A stretch of 64,000 nt of DNA from Bacteroidetes bacterium ADurb.Bin174 (GCA_002070265.1 MWCX01000088.1:34389-98388); one strand, 5' to 3'; shown: positions 12,200 to 22,764, counted from the stretch's first letter. Numbers and translations: made by a program. Notes: generated by a model from the letters alone, not told the origin.

Positions 12200-12370
12200 T
12201 CTTATTAATTAATGAACATCCCTAACTCCTTTAACTTCCTGACTACTAACTACTATCTACCAACTACTTAACTTCAATAATCAGTTCTTAGTTTTTAGTT
12301 CTTCGTTCTTCGTTTATTTTTACGCTTTTGTCCCGAAATCGTCTTTTGTCTTTATTCTTTACTCTTTGTT

Positions 12371-13591
12371 CTACCTCACCACCACTTTCTCTACTCCGCC
12401 ATTTACTTTTACCATATATACACCTTGTTTCATAGGTATAGTATGACTTCCTGCGGACAGCGTGCTGCTATAGATAGCTGCTCCTGTAAGCGAATAGACC
12501 TGCACATTTATCTTATTTGGCGAGCTGATAGCTATCTCCCCTTTTCTTGCTGTAAGACTATATTCTTTATCTGCGGCAGCATCTGCTACGCCGGTAATGG
12601 TAAACGTTATCTTGCGGATTTGGTGGTTGTTATAATCGGCTACGTATAAATCCCCGGATGAGTCAAATGCCAATCCACGAGGCTGATCAAATCTGGCACT
12701 TGCTCCGATGCCATTGACATTACCGCTTGTCCCCGCTACACCGGCAATGGTGGTAACCACGCCGTCCGGCAAGGTTATTTTACGTATGGTATGGTTACCT
12801 GCATCACCGATATATAAATGTCCGTCGGGACCAATAGCTATTCCGTTGGGCCACTTAAAACTTGCTGCCGTTCCGGTACCATCTGCACTCCCTTCGGTAC
12901 CACCTGCTACAGTGGTTACTACACCGGCAGGGGTTATTTTCCGAATGGCATTATTAACATTGTCTGCCACATAGATATTTCCGGAGGCATCCATCGCCAT
13001 CTTTCTGGGGCAATAAAACCGGGCTGCATTACCCGTCCCGTTTATAAAACCACTTTCTTCGCCACCACCTGCGAGCAGTGTTTTTTCGTTTGTTGCGGTT
13101 ATAATTTTATATACCGAATGATTATCACTTACATATAAATTACCTGTGGCATCGCTGCATAATCCTGTGGCGTAATTATAAATTCCATAGTCACTCATCA
13201 GGGTAACTTCGCCTGTTGCCATATCAATCCGGTTTATTCGACCAGTGCTTGGGCTACTTCCTGTCTTGATTACATAGAGTTTACCGTCTGCCAATGCCAT
13301 TTGATTAGGATGTTCTGCTGATGCAGTATTAAGGGTGCTTACCGTGCCAGAAGCTATTTTCCGTACAGCATTGTTCACATAGTCTGATACATAAAGGTTG
13401 CCGCTTCCGTCAAAAAGGAGAGCCTGTGGCCCTTGGAACCGAGCTTCCAATAAGTTGCCGTCTGTATATCCGGCCGTACTACCGGCGTAAGTACTTACCG
13501 ATACCGATACCTGTGCCTGTACCGCACTTGCCGTCCACAACAGAAGGGCAGCAAGGATAAATAATGTAATTTTTCTTTTCATGATTTTCAT
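12371..13591 (-). CDS. NHL-repeat beta-propeller protein with T9SS C-terminal sorting domain (copy 1)
   Basis: Signal peptide, repeated GTGxAARF..P.G.A.D..GN.YVAD..N..IRKIT units, and a CTD ending GVYMVKVNGGVEKVVVR. Confidence 0.9.
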   Translation of the reverse strand: MKIMKRKITLFILAALLLWTASAVQAQVSVSVSTYAGSTAGYTDGNLLEARFQGPQALLFDGSGNLYVSDYVNNAVRKIASGTVSTLNTASAEHPNQMALADGKLYVIKTGSSPSTGRINRIDMATGEVTLMSDYGIYNYATGLCSDATGNLYVSDNHSVYKIITATNEKTLLAGGGEESGFINGTGNAARFYCPRKMAMDASGNIYVADNVNNAIRKITPAGVVTTVAGGTEGSADGTGTAASFKWPNGIAIGPDGHLYIGDAGNHTIRKITLPDGVVTTIAGVAGTSGNVNGIGASARFDQPRGLAFDSSGDLYVADYNNHQIRKITFTITGVADAAADKEYSLTARKGEIAISSPNKINVQVYSLTGAAIYSSTLSAGSHTIPMKQGVYMVKVNGGVEKVVVR

Positions 13592-13678
13592 TTTTTTGTT
13601 AGTTATTAAATGGATTTAAAATAAGATTGCTCCAACATATTTATCAATTCTGCTTTTAATTGAATGAAACGAATATCT

Positions 13679-16291
13679 CTATTTAGCTTTGATGATGCGC
13701 TTAATCTCATTCAACTTATTTAAGGCTTCAACGGGAGTCAGGTTATCGATGTCCAAGTTTTTAATTTCATCGCGGATTTGTTCCAAAACAGGATCGTCTA
13801 ATTGGAAGAAGCTGAGTTGCATGCCTTCGCGCTGACCGGCAATTTCCGTTATCGGTTTAGTAATTTCGCCTTGTCTGTTATCCGTTTCTAACTGTTTGAG
13901 TATCTGGTCGGCTCTTTTGACAATGCTTTGTGGCATACCCGCCATCTTGGCTACATGGATACCGAAGCTGTGTTCGCTTCCGCCACGCTCCAATTTTCTC
14001 AGGAAAATGATTTTCTTATCAATTTCTTTCACCGACACATTGTAGTTTTTGATGCGGCTAAAGGATTTTTCCATCTCATTCAATTCGTGATAATGAGTAG
14101 CAAAGAGGGTTTTTGCTTTGGCATGCGGATGCTCGTGGATATGTTCCACAATTGCCCAGGCAATGGAAATACCATCATAGGTGGAAGTACCCCTGCCCAA
14201 TTCATCAAAAAGTATCAAACTTCTGTCCGAGAGATTATTTAAAATACTGGCAGCCTCGTTCATTTCTACCATAAAAGTAGATTCGCCCTGAGAGATATTG
14301 TCGCTGGCGCCTACACGTGTAAAAATCTTATCAACAAGCCCAATGCTTGCACTTTCTGCCGGAACGAAGCAGCCGATTTGAGCCATCAGGGTTATCAGGG
14401 CTGTTTGGCGCAGCAAAGCGGATTTCCCCGACATATTCGGACCGGTAACGATGATAATTTGTTGACTGCTGCTATCAAGATACACATCGTTGGCAATATA
14501 TGATTCACCCACAGGCAACTGCTGCTCAATCACCGGATGCCTCCCTTGTTTGATGTCAATCACATCGCTATCGTTAATATTCGGACGGATGTATTTGTTC
14601 TCTGCTGATACTTTTGCAAAAGAAAGCAAGCAGTCTAATTGAGAAATTAAATTGGCATTCAATTGAATGGCTGTGATATAGTCAACCAGGCTCAACACCA
14701 ATTCATTGAATAACCTGGTTTCTATTTGCAGGATTTTGTCTTCAGCCCCTAGTATTTTCTCTTCGTATTCTTTTAGTTCCTGGGTGATGTATCGCTCCGC
14801 ACTCACCAAAGTTTGCTTGCGTATCCAGTCGGCAGGGACTTTATCCTTGTGCGTGTTCCTGACTTCAATATAATAACCGAAGACATTGTTAAAGCTGATT
14901 TTTAAACTTGGAATGCCGGTATGCTTACTTTCTCTTTCTTGTATTTTTTGTAGATATTCCTTTCCTGAATAAGCTAAATCCCTCAACTCATCTAACTCGG
15001 CATCAACACCTTCCCGGATAACGTTCCCTCGGTTAATCATCGTTGGCGGATCAGCATGAATTTCTCGTTCGATTTTTTCCGAAATAACTTGACAAGGGTT
15101 CAATTGGTCTGCTATCCGGTTCAAAGCAGGATTGTCGGCTTGAGAACACAGTTGTTTGATAGGCTCTATGGCTTTTAAGGCTGTTTTGAGTTGCACCACT
15201 TCCCTTGGGTTAATCCTTTCAACCGCTACTTTAGAAATGATTCTTTCCAGATCGCCAATCAAGGATATATTTTGCACCAATGAATCTTTAATTTCAGGAT
15301 GTTTGAAAAAGTACTCAACCACGCCCAATCGTTCTTGTACAGGTTGCACATCCTTAAGTGGAAATGCAATCCAGCGTTTCATCATGCGGGCACCCATGGG
15401 AGAAATGGTTTTGTCCAATACCTGCACCAGGGTTTTAGCACCTTCATGTATAGAACTAAAAAGCTCTAAGTTCTTGACAGTAAAGCGATCTAACCACACA
15501 TAACGCTCTTCCTCTATGCGTGACAAATGCGTGATGTGTCCGGTTTGCTGATGCAGCGTAATGTCTAAATAATGCAGAATGGCGCCTGCAGCCACTATGG
15601 CAAAAGGTAAATTTTCAACGCCAAAGCCTTTCAGCGTGTGGGTTTCAAATTGTTTAAGCAGTCTTTCTTCAGCAGTTACGGGTGTGAACACCCAATCTTC
15701 TAAGCCATAAGTGTAAAAATTATTACCGAAATGTTCGGTGAACAATTGTTTTTTATTTCTGTCGTATAAAACTTCTTTCGGACTGAAATTATTCAGTAAT
15801 TTGTCCACATATTCAGCCGTTCCTTCAGCAACCAGAAATTCTCCGGTAGAGATATCCAAAAAGGCTACACCTACCATTTTTTTATCGAAATATACCGAAG
15901 CCAGGAAATTATTTTCTTTGTGGTTTAAAGTGGTGTCGCTATAAGATACGCCTGGGGTAACCAGTTCCGTAACACCTCTTTTAACCAATTTTTTGGTTAA
16001 CTTAGGGTCTTCCAACTGGTCGCAAATGGCTACTCGCTTGCCGGCACGCACCAATTTAGGCAGATAAGTGTCCAGGGCGTGGTGGGGAAATCCTGCTAAT
16101 TCCACAGATTTTGCGGCGCCGTTGGCACGGCGTGTTAAAGTAATGCCTAAAATTTCGGAAGCAATGATGGCGTCTTCGGAAAATGTTTCATAAAAATCAC
16201 CACAACGAAACAACAAAATAGCATCCGGGTGTTTCGACTTAATGTTGAAATATTGTTTCATCAAAGGGGTTGTAGCAATTTCTTTGGACAT
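13679..16291 (-). CDS. mutS: DNA mismatch repair protein MutS
   Basis: [37 protein letters not shown] and FATHYHEL motifs. Confidence 0.98.
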   Translation of the reverse strand: MSKEIATTPLMKQYFNIKSKHPDAILLFRCGDFYETFSEDAIIASEILGITLTRRANGAAKSVELAGFPHHALDTYLPKLVRAGKRVAICDQLEDPKLTKKLVKRGVTELVTPGVSYSDTTLNHKENNFLASVYFDKKMVGVAFLDISTGEFLVAEGTAEYVDKLLNNFSPKEVLYDRNKKQLFTEHFGNNFYTYGLEDWVFTPVTAEERLLKQFETHTLKGFGVENLPFAIVAAGAILHYLDITLHQQTGHITHLSRIEEERYVWLDRFTVKNLELFSSIHEGAKTLVQVLDKTISPMGARMMKRWIAFPLKDVQPVQERLGVVEYFFKHPEIKDSLVQNISLIGDLERIISKVAVERINPREVVQLKTALKAIEPIKQLCSQADNPALNRIADQLNPCQVISEKIEREIHADPPTMINRGNVIREGVDAELDELRDLAYSGKEYLQKIQERESKHTGIPSLKISFNNVFGYYIEVRNTHKDKVPADWIRKQTLVSAERYITQELKEYEEKILGAEDKILQIETRLFNELVLSLVDYITAIQLNANLISQLDCLLSFAKVSAENKYIRPNINDSDVIDIKQGRHPVIEQQLPVGESYIANDVYLDSSSQQIIIVTGPNMSGKSALLRQTALITLMAQIGCFVPAESASIGLVDKIFTRVGASDNISQGESTFMVEMNEAASILNNLSDRSLILFDELGRGTSTYDGISIAWAIVEHIHEHPHAKAKTLFATHYHELNEMEKSFSRIKNYNVSVKEIDKKIIFLRKLERGGSEHSFGIHVAKMAGMPQSIVKRADQILKQLETDNRQGEITKPITEIAGQREGMQLSFFQLDDPVLEQIRDEIKNLDIDNLTPVEALNKLNEIKRIIKAK

Positions 16292-16465
16292 GTTTTATGT
16301 TTAAATATTGTTGGTAGTTGCTGTTGGTGCGCCCAGGATAAAGAGCGTGCTAATTATACCAATCTTTTTTCTCTTATGCAAATTTAAAAGAATTTCTTTG
16401 AAAATTTTATTACCCGACAAAAAATCACTTAATTTGCAAAGAAAAAAAATTAAATACAAATTCCA

Positions 16466-16645
16466 ATGAAAATTCTGAAAACCCTCCTGAGATACTTAGG
16501 TCCCATTATTTTATTGATTGGTGCCGCTTTACTGGTAGTGTATTATTTTCAAGCAACAGCTGAAAATACCTTGTTGATTGTATCTGCTGCTTTGATGGTT
16601 GTTGGTGTTATAGCCCATGTTGTTATCAATAAGTTTATGGAGTAG
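16466..16645 (+). CDS. Small two-TM membrane protein (59 aa), divergent from mutS; missing from the ORF track
   Basis: Translated by hand: MKILKTLLRYLGPIILLIGAALLVVYYFQATAENTLLIVSAALMVVGVIAHVVINKFME*. Confidence 0.75.
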   Translation: MKILKTLLRYLGPIILLIGAALLVVYYFQATAENTLLIVSAALMVVGVIAHVVINKFME

Positions 16646-16923
16646 TCATACTTTATTTGTTCTTAAATTTAAATTTAAGAGCGGAATTGATAAATATGTT
16701 GAGGGGGCTACCGGACCTTTAAAATGAACCCGAAAAACCACACATATACGCATTACTGTTGCGGGAATACCCGTGCCGTGCCTTACTGTGAAATGGCAGT
16801 AGCGGCTTTACCCCCCCCCTCCCCTATTAACACTTATTAACAAAACGATAATTTTACCTATTACCCCGTGCCATACAGGTGCGGGGATACTTATTTTAAA
16901 TCCATTTAATAACTAACAAAAAA

Positions 16924-18132
16924 ATGAAAATCATGAAAAGAAAAATTACATTATTTATCCTTGCTGCCCTCCTACTGTGGACGGCAAGTGCGGTACAGGC
17001 ACAGGTATCGGTAAGTACTTACGCCGGTAGTACGGCCGGATATACAGACGGCAGCTTATCGGAAGCTCAGTTCGACCAACCGCAGGCTCTCCTTTTTGAT
17101 GAAAGCGGTAATCTCTATGTGGCTGAAAACAACAACGAAGCTGTACGGAAAATAACCCCCGAAGGCACGGTAAGTACTCTTACAACCGAAAAAATTTATT
17201 GGCCCTTTCAAATGACATTAGCAGACGGCAAACTCTATGTGATGCAGCGTGCGATAAGCTCTTATATAAATCAGATTGATATGACAACAGGTGCAGTAAC
17301 AATCACGAGCTATGGTAGTTATAATTATAGTCTTGGTTTATGCAGCGATGCCGCAGGAAATTTATATGTAAGTGATTACCATTCAATATATAAAGTGCCA
17401 ACTGATACCAGGCAAAAAACACTGCTTGCGGGCGGTGGTTCTGAAAGCGGCTTTATAAACGGAACAGGTAGTGCAGCTCGGTTTAATTACCCCGGATATA
17501 TGGCAATAGATGCCTCCGGCAATATCTATGTAACAGATGGGGAAAATCACGCAATTCGGAAAATAACCCCTGCTGGTGTAGTAACTACTTTGGCAGGAAG
17601 CGGTACCGCAGGTAGTGCGGACGGTACCGGAGCGGCGGCAAGTTTCAATAGACCCTCCGGAATAGCTATCGGACCGGACGGACATTTATATATCAGTGAA
17701 TCAGGTAATCATACCATACGGAAAATTACCTTGCCGGACGGCGTAGTTACCACCATTGCCGGTATAGCGGGGACAAGCGGTAATGACAATGGTAGCGGAG
17801 CAAGTGCTACATTTTACACTCCCCGTGGATTGGCGTTTGATGCAGTCGGTAATCTGTACGTAGCTGATTATAGTAATGACCAAATCCGCAAGATAACATT
17901 TACTACTACCGGCGTAGCAAATGCTGCGGCAGATAAAGAATATAGCCTTACAGCAAGAAAAGGGGAGATAGCTATCAGCTCGCCAAGTAAGATAAATGTG
18001 CAGGTGTATTCGCTTACAGGAGCAGCTATCTATAACAGCACGCTGTCCGCAGGAAGTCATACTATACCTATCAAGCAGGGTATATACCTGGTGAAAGTAA
18101 ACGGTAAGGCAGGAAAAGTGGTGGTGAGGTAG
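16924..18132 (+). CDS. NHL-repeat beta-propeller protein with T9SS C-terminal sorting domain (copy 2)
   Basis: Paralogue of 12371-13591 with an identical signal peptide and a near-identical CTD. Confidence 0.9.
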   Translation: MKIMKRKITLFILAALLLWTASAVQAQVSVSTYAGSTAGYTDGSLSEAQFDQPQALLFDESGNLYVAENNNEAVRKITPEGTVSTLTTEKIYWPFQMTLADGKLYVMQRAISSYINQIDMTTGAVTITSYGSYNYSLGLCSDAAGNLYVSDYHSIYKVPTDTRQKTLLAGGGSESGFINGTGSAARFNYPGYMAIDASGNIYVTDGENHAIRKITPAGVVTTLAGSGTAGSADGTGAAASFNRPSGIAIGPDGHLYISESGNHTIRKITLPDGVVTTIAGIAGTSGNDNGSGASATFYTPRGLAFDAVGNLYVADYSNDQIRKITFTTTGVANAAADKEYSLTARKGEIAISSPSKINVQVYSLTGAAIYNSTLSAGSHTIPIKQGIYLVKVNGKAGKVVVR

Positions 18133-18281
18133 ATAGAGCAAAGAACAAAGACAAATTTGTTTAATGCTTAATGTGTAGTGTTTAGTATTTTGTTGAATTG
18201 TTGAACTGAGAACAAAGAACAAAAAACTAAGAACTGATTTAGTTTTCTATTTATAAAGAGATGTTCATTAATTAATAAGAT

Positions 18282-18319
18282 TAAGCCAACTAAATCATTT
18301 TGAAATAGTTGGCTTTTTT
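18282..18319 (+). terminator. Intrinsic terminator of NHL gene copy 2
   Basis: taagccaacta...tagttggctt stem followed by a T-run. Confidence 0.8.
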
Positions 18320-18408
18320 ATGTTTTTGGATATTACCTCGTGTTTACAGATTTTGGCTCAAAACGGGGGTAATCAACTACTGAAGATACGGCAAGAATAT
18401 ATATTGGG

Positions 18409-18565
18409 GCTGTCTCAAAAGTAAATATTCAAGCAAAAAACCGCAAGGTGTCTTAGAAGCGTCCAAATGCAAGGCGCTGAGATTGAGGACGAAGGAGCAT
18501 ATTGAAGTATGCGACTAAGCCCGAATATCGAAAGCAACGCAGCAGTTGGGCACTTATGAGACACC
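18409..18565. mobile_element. MITE-like element with GTGTCTCA...TGAGACAC ends (outer left end plus inner element at 18447-18565)
   Basis: gctgtctcaaaagtaaatattcaa ... ggtgtcttagaag ... cagttgggcacttatgagacacc; homologous to 43599-43727; no transposase. Confidence 0.7.
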
Positions 18566-18582
18566 GCCATTGATTTACATCA

Positions 18583-19920
18583 TTAAAACAACAACCAGGA
18601 AGCCACAGAAAAATAAATAACCACTCCGCATATATCCGTAATAGATGTAATCAGTGGTGCACTTGCTGTAGCAGGGTCAATTTTCAATGTGGTAAAAATA
18701 AACGGCAGCAACATACCAATCAAACTACCGGCCACCACTATCAAAACCATAGTCAGCGACGCCACCCAAATAATTTCCGGAGACCGGATACTGGCAATAA
18801 GGGCTACCCCCACAGCCATGGTCACGCCCAATAAAAGCGACACCAACAGTTCCTTGCCTATTAATTTATACCAGTCGGAAAGTTCAACATCCCCGGTTGC
18901 CAACGAACGAATCATCAAAGTTGCGGATTGAGAACCGGCATTCCCGCCGCTACCGATTAACAATGGTAAGAAAAAGACCAAAGAGACATATGCAGTGATC
19001 GTTTCTCCAAAACTTGCAATGGCAGCACCCGAAAAAATATTGACAAAGACCAATGCCACCAACCATACAATACGATTCTTATACAGTTCAGTCACCCTCT
19101 CTTTCAAAGGATTGGTAATAGCCGACTGAAACGCCCCGAATTTGTGGAAGTCTTCGGTTGATTCTTCTTCCACCACGTCCATGATATCATCCACCGTCAC
19201 AATTCCCAGAAGTATGCCTTCGTCGTTGACAACGGGCAATGCTACCCTGTCGTAATCACTAAAAGCCTTAATGGCAGCCTCCTGATCATCCAGCACATTC
19301 AGCGCTACAAAGCGACTGTCCATCAAATCTTCAATTTTTTTAGTGGGATCAGCCAGAATAAGTTCTTTGATTCTGAGATCATCAAGCAACTTCCAGTCTT
19401 CACTTACAATATAAATTACATTCAGCGTTTCGGAATCTCTGCCGAATTTCCGGATGTGATTAAAGGTTTCTTCGATGGTAAAACTGGGTTTTACAGCCAC
19501 ATATTCCGGAGTCATCAAACGACCGATACTATCTTCCGGATATCCTAAAAGTTGTGTAGTGATGCTGCGTTCTTCCGGCAACAACAATTGCATGAGACGT
19601 TGTGTTACCGTACCGGGAAGTTCTTCGAAGAAAGCCGTTCTGTCATCAGGTTCAATGTCGTTCAATAAATTGGAAAGCGTTTGCACATTGTTAGCCAAAC
19701 CCTCAATGACTTGCTCCTGAATATCGTGCGACAAAAGTTGGAATACGTCCTTAGCCTGCATTCGACCGAGCAGTCTAAAGTAGATTATTTCTTCACCTTC
19801 CGAACAATCCTCAATCAATTCGGCTATCTGGATGGAATCATAAGCATTCAAGGCTCCTTTTAATGCCTTCCAATCCTTATTTTCAATAAGATGTTGAAAG
19901 TCGGTTTTGAATTCAACCAT
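18583..19920 (-). CDS. mgtE: Magnesium transporter MgtE
   Basis: MgtE_N, two CBS domains (GRLMTPEY, ALPVV) and a TM domain with GGNAGSQ and DPATASAP. Confidence 0.96.
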   Translation of the reverse strand: MVEFKTDFQHLIENKDWKALKGALNAYDSIQIAELIEDCSEGEEIIYFRLLGRMQAKDVFQLLSHDIQEQVIEGLANNVQTLSNLLNDIEPDDRTAFFEELPGTVTQRLMQLLLPEERSITTQLLGYPEDSIGRLMTPEYVAVKPSFTIEETFNHIRKFGRDSETLNVIYIVSEDWKLLDDLRIKELILADPTKKIEDLMDSRFVALNVLDDQEAAIKAFSDYDRVALPVVNDEGILLGIVTVDDIMDVVEEESTEDFHKFGAFQSAITNPLKERVTELYKNRIVWLVALVFVNIFSGAAIASFGETITAYVSLVFFLPLLIGSGGNAGSQSATLMIRSLATGDVELSDWYKLIGKELLVSLLLGVTMAVGVALIASIRSPEIIWVASLTMVLIVVAGSLIGMLLPFIFTTLKIDPATASAPLITSITDICGVVIYFSVASWLLF

Positions 19921-19923
19921 GAT

Positions 19924-20018
19924 GATGTCTCCTTACAATTTGGCACTACAAGGAAACATCCGTCTCCTTATAGGGGGATTAATAAATTTTGCTGACTATG
20001 ATACGGGCCTTCGTCCAT
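19924..20018 (-). promoter_or_regulatory. Putative mgtE leader: 16-aa uORF (19968-20018) plus an RBS-sequestering hairpin
   Basis: The uORF reads MDEGPYHSQQNLLIPL*. GATGTTTCCTT can pair with AAGGAGACATC, which covers the mgtE RBS. TAAGGAGAC is directly repeated. Confidence 0.55.
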
Positions 20019-20139
20019 TTCAAAAGATTTTTTCAAATTTTCAGGTGCAAAAATAAGAAAATTTATTGGTTGGACAAGAGGAAAACTAAAATTTTCCGTC
20101 TGAATAAGCTCTGTTCATCAGTCAAGGTCAATTTTCACC

Positions 20140-20211
20140 CTGCAACACTTTGACCCCGCACCACGGAACCCGCACCCCGAAAACAGTTGGACATTGATGA
20201 GACGTCGCCAT
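20140..20211. repeat. Heptamer array followed by a MITE-like right end
   Basis: ctgcaacactttgaccccgcaccacggaacccgcaccccgaaaa-cagttggacattgatgagacgtcgcc. Confidence 0.65.
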
Positions 20212-20305
20212 TGCAATTTTCAGGATGAATTTAAGTGTTTTTCTGTTTTTTAATAAGAAAAAAAAGAAATTTGTAAGATTTCAAGGTGAAAAACAAAAAA
20301 AGTAT

Positions 20306-20313
20306 TACATTTG
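20306..20313 (+). promoter_or_regulatory. Bacteroidota -7 promoter element upstream of serC
   Basis: TACATTTG matches the TAnnTTTG consensus. Confidence 0.5.
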
Positions 20314-20458
20314 TGCCTTTAAACAATATTAAAGAAAAAAATCTCTATTTAATCGGAATATCTGCTCTCAAAAAGAGGTTGAAACTACCTTAATCTCTGT
20401 GTTTGACTATCCCGAAAATATAAAGATTCAATCGAAATTCAACGTAATTTTTTTATAA

Positions 20459-21529
20459 ATGAAGAAACATAATTTTAATGCCGGTCCTTCTATTTTACCG
20501 CGCGAGGTAATTGAAAAAACAGCGCAAGCTGTATTGAATTTTAATAATTCAGATTTGTCAATATTAGAAATATCTCACCGCTCCAAAGACTTTCAGGCAG
20601 TGATAGACGAAGCAGTCTCTCTCTTTAAAGAGATACTGTCCATTCCTGAAGGTTATTCGGTTTTGTTTCTTGGAGGAGGTGCCAGCTTGCAATTTTGCAT
20701 GGTGCCGTACAACCTAATGGAATCGAAAGCAGCTTACTTGAATACAGGTACTTGGGCAAGCAAAGCCTTAAAAGAAGCAAAAGGTTTTGGTGAAGTTGTC
20801 GAAGTAGCATCTTCAAAAGCGGCTAATTTTAATTATATCCCCAAAGATTATGTGATTCCCACTGATGCTGATTATTTTCACATCACCACCAACAACACCA
20901 TCTTCGGAACTGAAATATTAAAGGACATCAACTCTCCTGTTCCTTTGGTGGCCGATATGTCATCCGACATCTTTTCGCGACCGGTAGATGTATCCAAATA
21001 TGCACTGATTTATGGAGGAGCACAGAAAAACCTCGCTCCTGCAGGCCTGGCTTTCGTCATTGTGAAAGACGAAGTACTTGGTAAGGTAACACGTCATATT
21101 CCTTCTATGTTGAATTATCAAATCCATATCGAAAACGGTTCTTTGTTCAACACTCCGCCGGTGTTACCGATTTACAGTGCTTTAGAAACCTTGCGCTGGA
21201 TTAAATCCATTGGAGGATTGAAAGAGATGGAAAAACGTAACATCCGAAAAGCTGCACTTTTGTATGATGAAATTGATCGTAACTCACTGTTTGTGGGAAC
21301 AGCAGTCAAAGAGGACCGTTCACGCATGAATATATGCTTTGTAATGAAACCCGAATATGCTGATTTAGAAGGTGAATTCTTGAAGTTTGCCACTGAACGT
21401 GGTATGGTCGGCATCAAGGGACACCGCTCGGTTGGCGGTTTCAGGGCATCTACTTACAATGCGCTCCCCATCGAAAGCGTACAAGCTTTGGTGGATTGCA
21501 TGCAAGCATTTGAAAACCTGAAAAAATAA
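20459..21529 (+). CDS. serC: Phosphoserine aminotransferase
   Basis: [30 protein letters not shown] and GHRSVGG motifs. Confidence 0.97.
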   Translation: MKKHNFNAGPSILPREVIEKTAQAVLNFNNSDLSILEISHRSKDFQAVIDEAVSLFKEILSIPEGYSVLFLGGGASLQFCMVPYNLMESKAAYLNTGTWASKALKEAKGFGEVVEVASSKAANFNYIPKDYVIPTDADYFHITTNNTIFGTEILKDINSPVPLVADMSSDIFSRPVDVSKYALIYGGAQKNLAPAGLAFVIVKDEVLGKVTRHIPSMLNYQIHIENGSLFNTPPVLPIYSALETLRWIKSIGGLKEMEKRNIRKAALLYDEIDRNSLFVGTAVKEDRSRMNICFVMKPEYADLEGEFLKFATERGMVGIKGHRSVGGFRASTYNALPIESVQALVDCMQAFENLKK

Positions 21530-21591
21530 TCTTATATTTGATGACTCATAATTAATAATCAATAATTAATCATCATATAAAAATTAGTATC

Positions 21592-22509
21592 ATGAAAGTA
21601 TTAGTTGCTACCGATAAACCATTTGATCAGAAAGCGACAAATGGTATCAGAGGAATATTGGATGCTGCCGGTTACGAGTTGGTTTTACTTGAAAAATACA
21701 CTGAAAAACAACAACTACTTGATGCCGTAGCAGATGTTGTGGCTATCATTATACGTAGTGACATCGTAGATGCGGAAGTAATTGCTGCTGCAAAAAATTT
21801 AAAAATCGTTGTTCGCGCCGGTGCCGGTTATGACAATATTGACTTGAAAGCAGCAACTGCTGCAAATGTATGTGTTATGAATACACCCGGACAAAATTCC
21901 AATGCAGTTGCCGAATTGGTTTTTGGCTTACTCATTTATGGAGCGCGTAACTTCTACGACGGAAGTTCCGGAATTGAACTAAAAGGCAAAAAATTGGGAA
22001 TACAGGCATATGGCAATGTTGGTCGAAATGTGGCTCGCATAGCTAAGGGTTTAGGTATGGAACTGTATGCATATGACACCCTTTGCAGTGATGAGTTAAT
22101 TGCGGCAGATGATGTGGTTCCCCTACACACAATAAGTGAACTTTATGAAAAAGCCGAGATTTTGTCCATTAACATTCCTGCAACACCGGAGACAAGAAGA
22201 TCCATCAATAGAGATTTATTGAATTTACTTCCAAAAGGAGCTATAATAGTTAATACCGCACGGAAAGAAGTTGTCAATGAAGAAGAAATGATGCAATTTA
22301 TGCAAGAACGTACCGATATTAAATATCTGACTGATATCAAGCCCGATAATCATGAGGAAATGTGTAAGAAATTCCCCGGAAGATATTTCTCTACCCCGAA
22401 GAAAATGGGTGCACAAACAGCAGAAGCAAATATCAATGCAGGAATTGCCGCAGCCAACCAAATCGTTCGATACTTAAAAACTGGTGAAGAGCGTTTCCGT
22501 GTAAATTAA
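21592..22509 (+). CDS. serA: D-3-phosphoglycerate dehydrogenase-like 2-hydroxyacid dehydrogenase
   Basis: RAGAGYDNID, NTPGQN, GNVG and VNTAR motifs; immediately downstream of serC. Confidence 0.88.
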   Translation: MKVLVATDKPFDQKATNGIRGILDAAGYELVLLEKYTEKQQLLDAVADVVAIIIRSDIVDAEVIAAAKNLKIVVRAGAGYDNIDLKAATAANVCVMNTPGQNSNAVAELVFGLLIYGARNFYDGSSGIELKGKKLGIQAYGNVGRNVARIAKGLGMELYAYDTLCSDELIAADDVVPLHTISELYEKAEILSINIPATPETRRSINRDLLNLLPKGAIIVNTARKEVVNEEEMMQFMQERTDIKYLTDIKPDNHEEMCKKFPGRYFSTPKKMGAQTAEANINAGIAAANQIVRYLKTGEERFRVN

Positions 22510-22530
22510 TTTATGTACTTAAATACTATA

Positions 22531-22565
22531 AAAAATACGATTCCAAATGAGGAATCGTATTTTTT
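22531..22565 (+). terminator. Intrinsic terminator after serA
   Basis: aaaaatacgattcc-aaatga-ggaatcgtattttt. Confidence 0.85.
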
Positions 22566-22594
22566 ATAGTATTATTCCAAATCTCTCTCTTTCT

Positions 22595-22750
22595 CTTCAT
22601 TTTTTGGCTTGAACCAAAAAACGAAGCAAAAAAAATCAAGACTGCGCCCGCTTCGCTCGAACAGCTAAATCGGACGAGGTCAGTTTGCGGTCTGCAACAC
22701 TTTGACCCCGTGAACTCGGAACACGGACCCCGGAACTCGCACCCCGCAAC
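22595..22750. repeat. Composite repeat: CTTCATTTTTT...CAAGAC family copy plus heptamer array
   Basis: Reverse complement of about 7648-7743, then ctgcaacactttgacccc, which is also present at 20140, and heptamers. Confidence 0.8.
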
Positions 22751-22764
22751 TGCATATTCATTAA

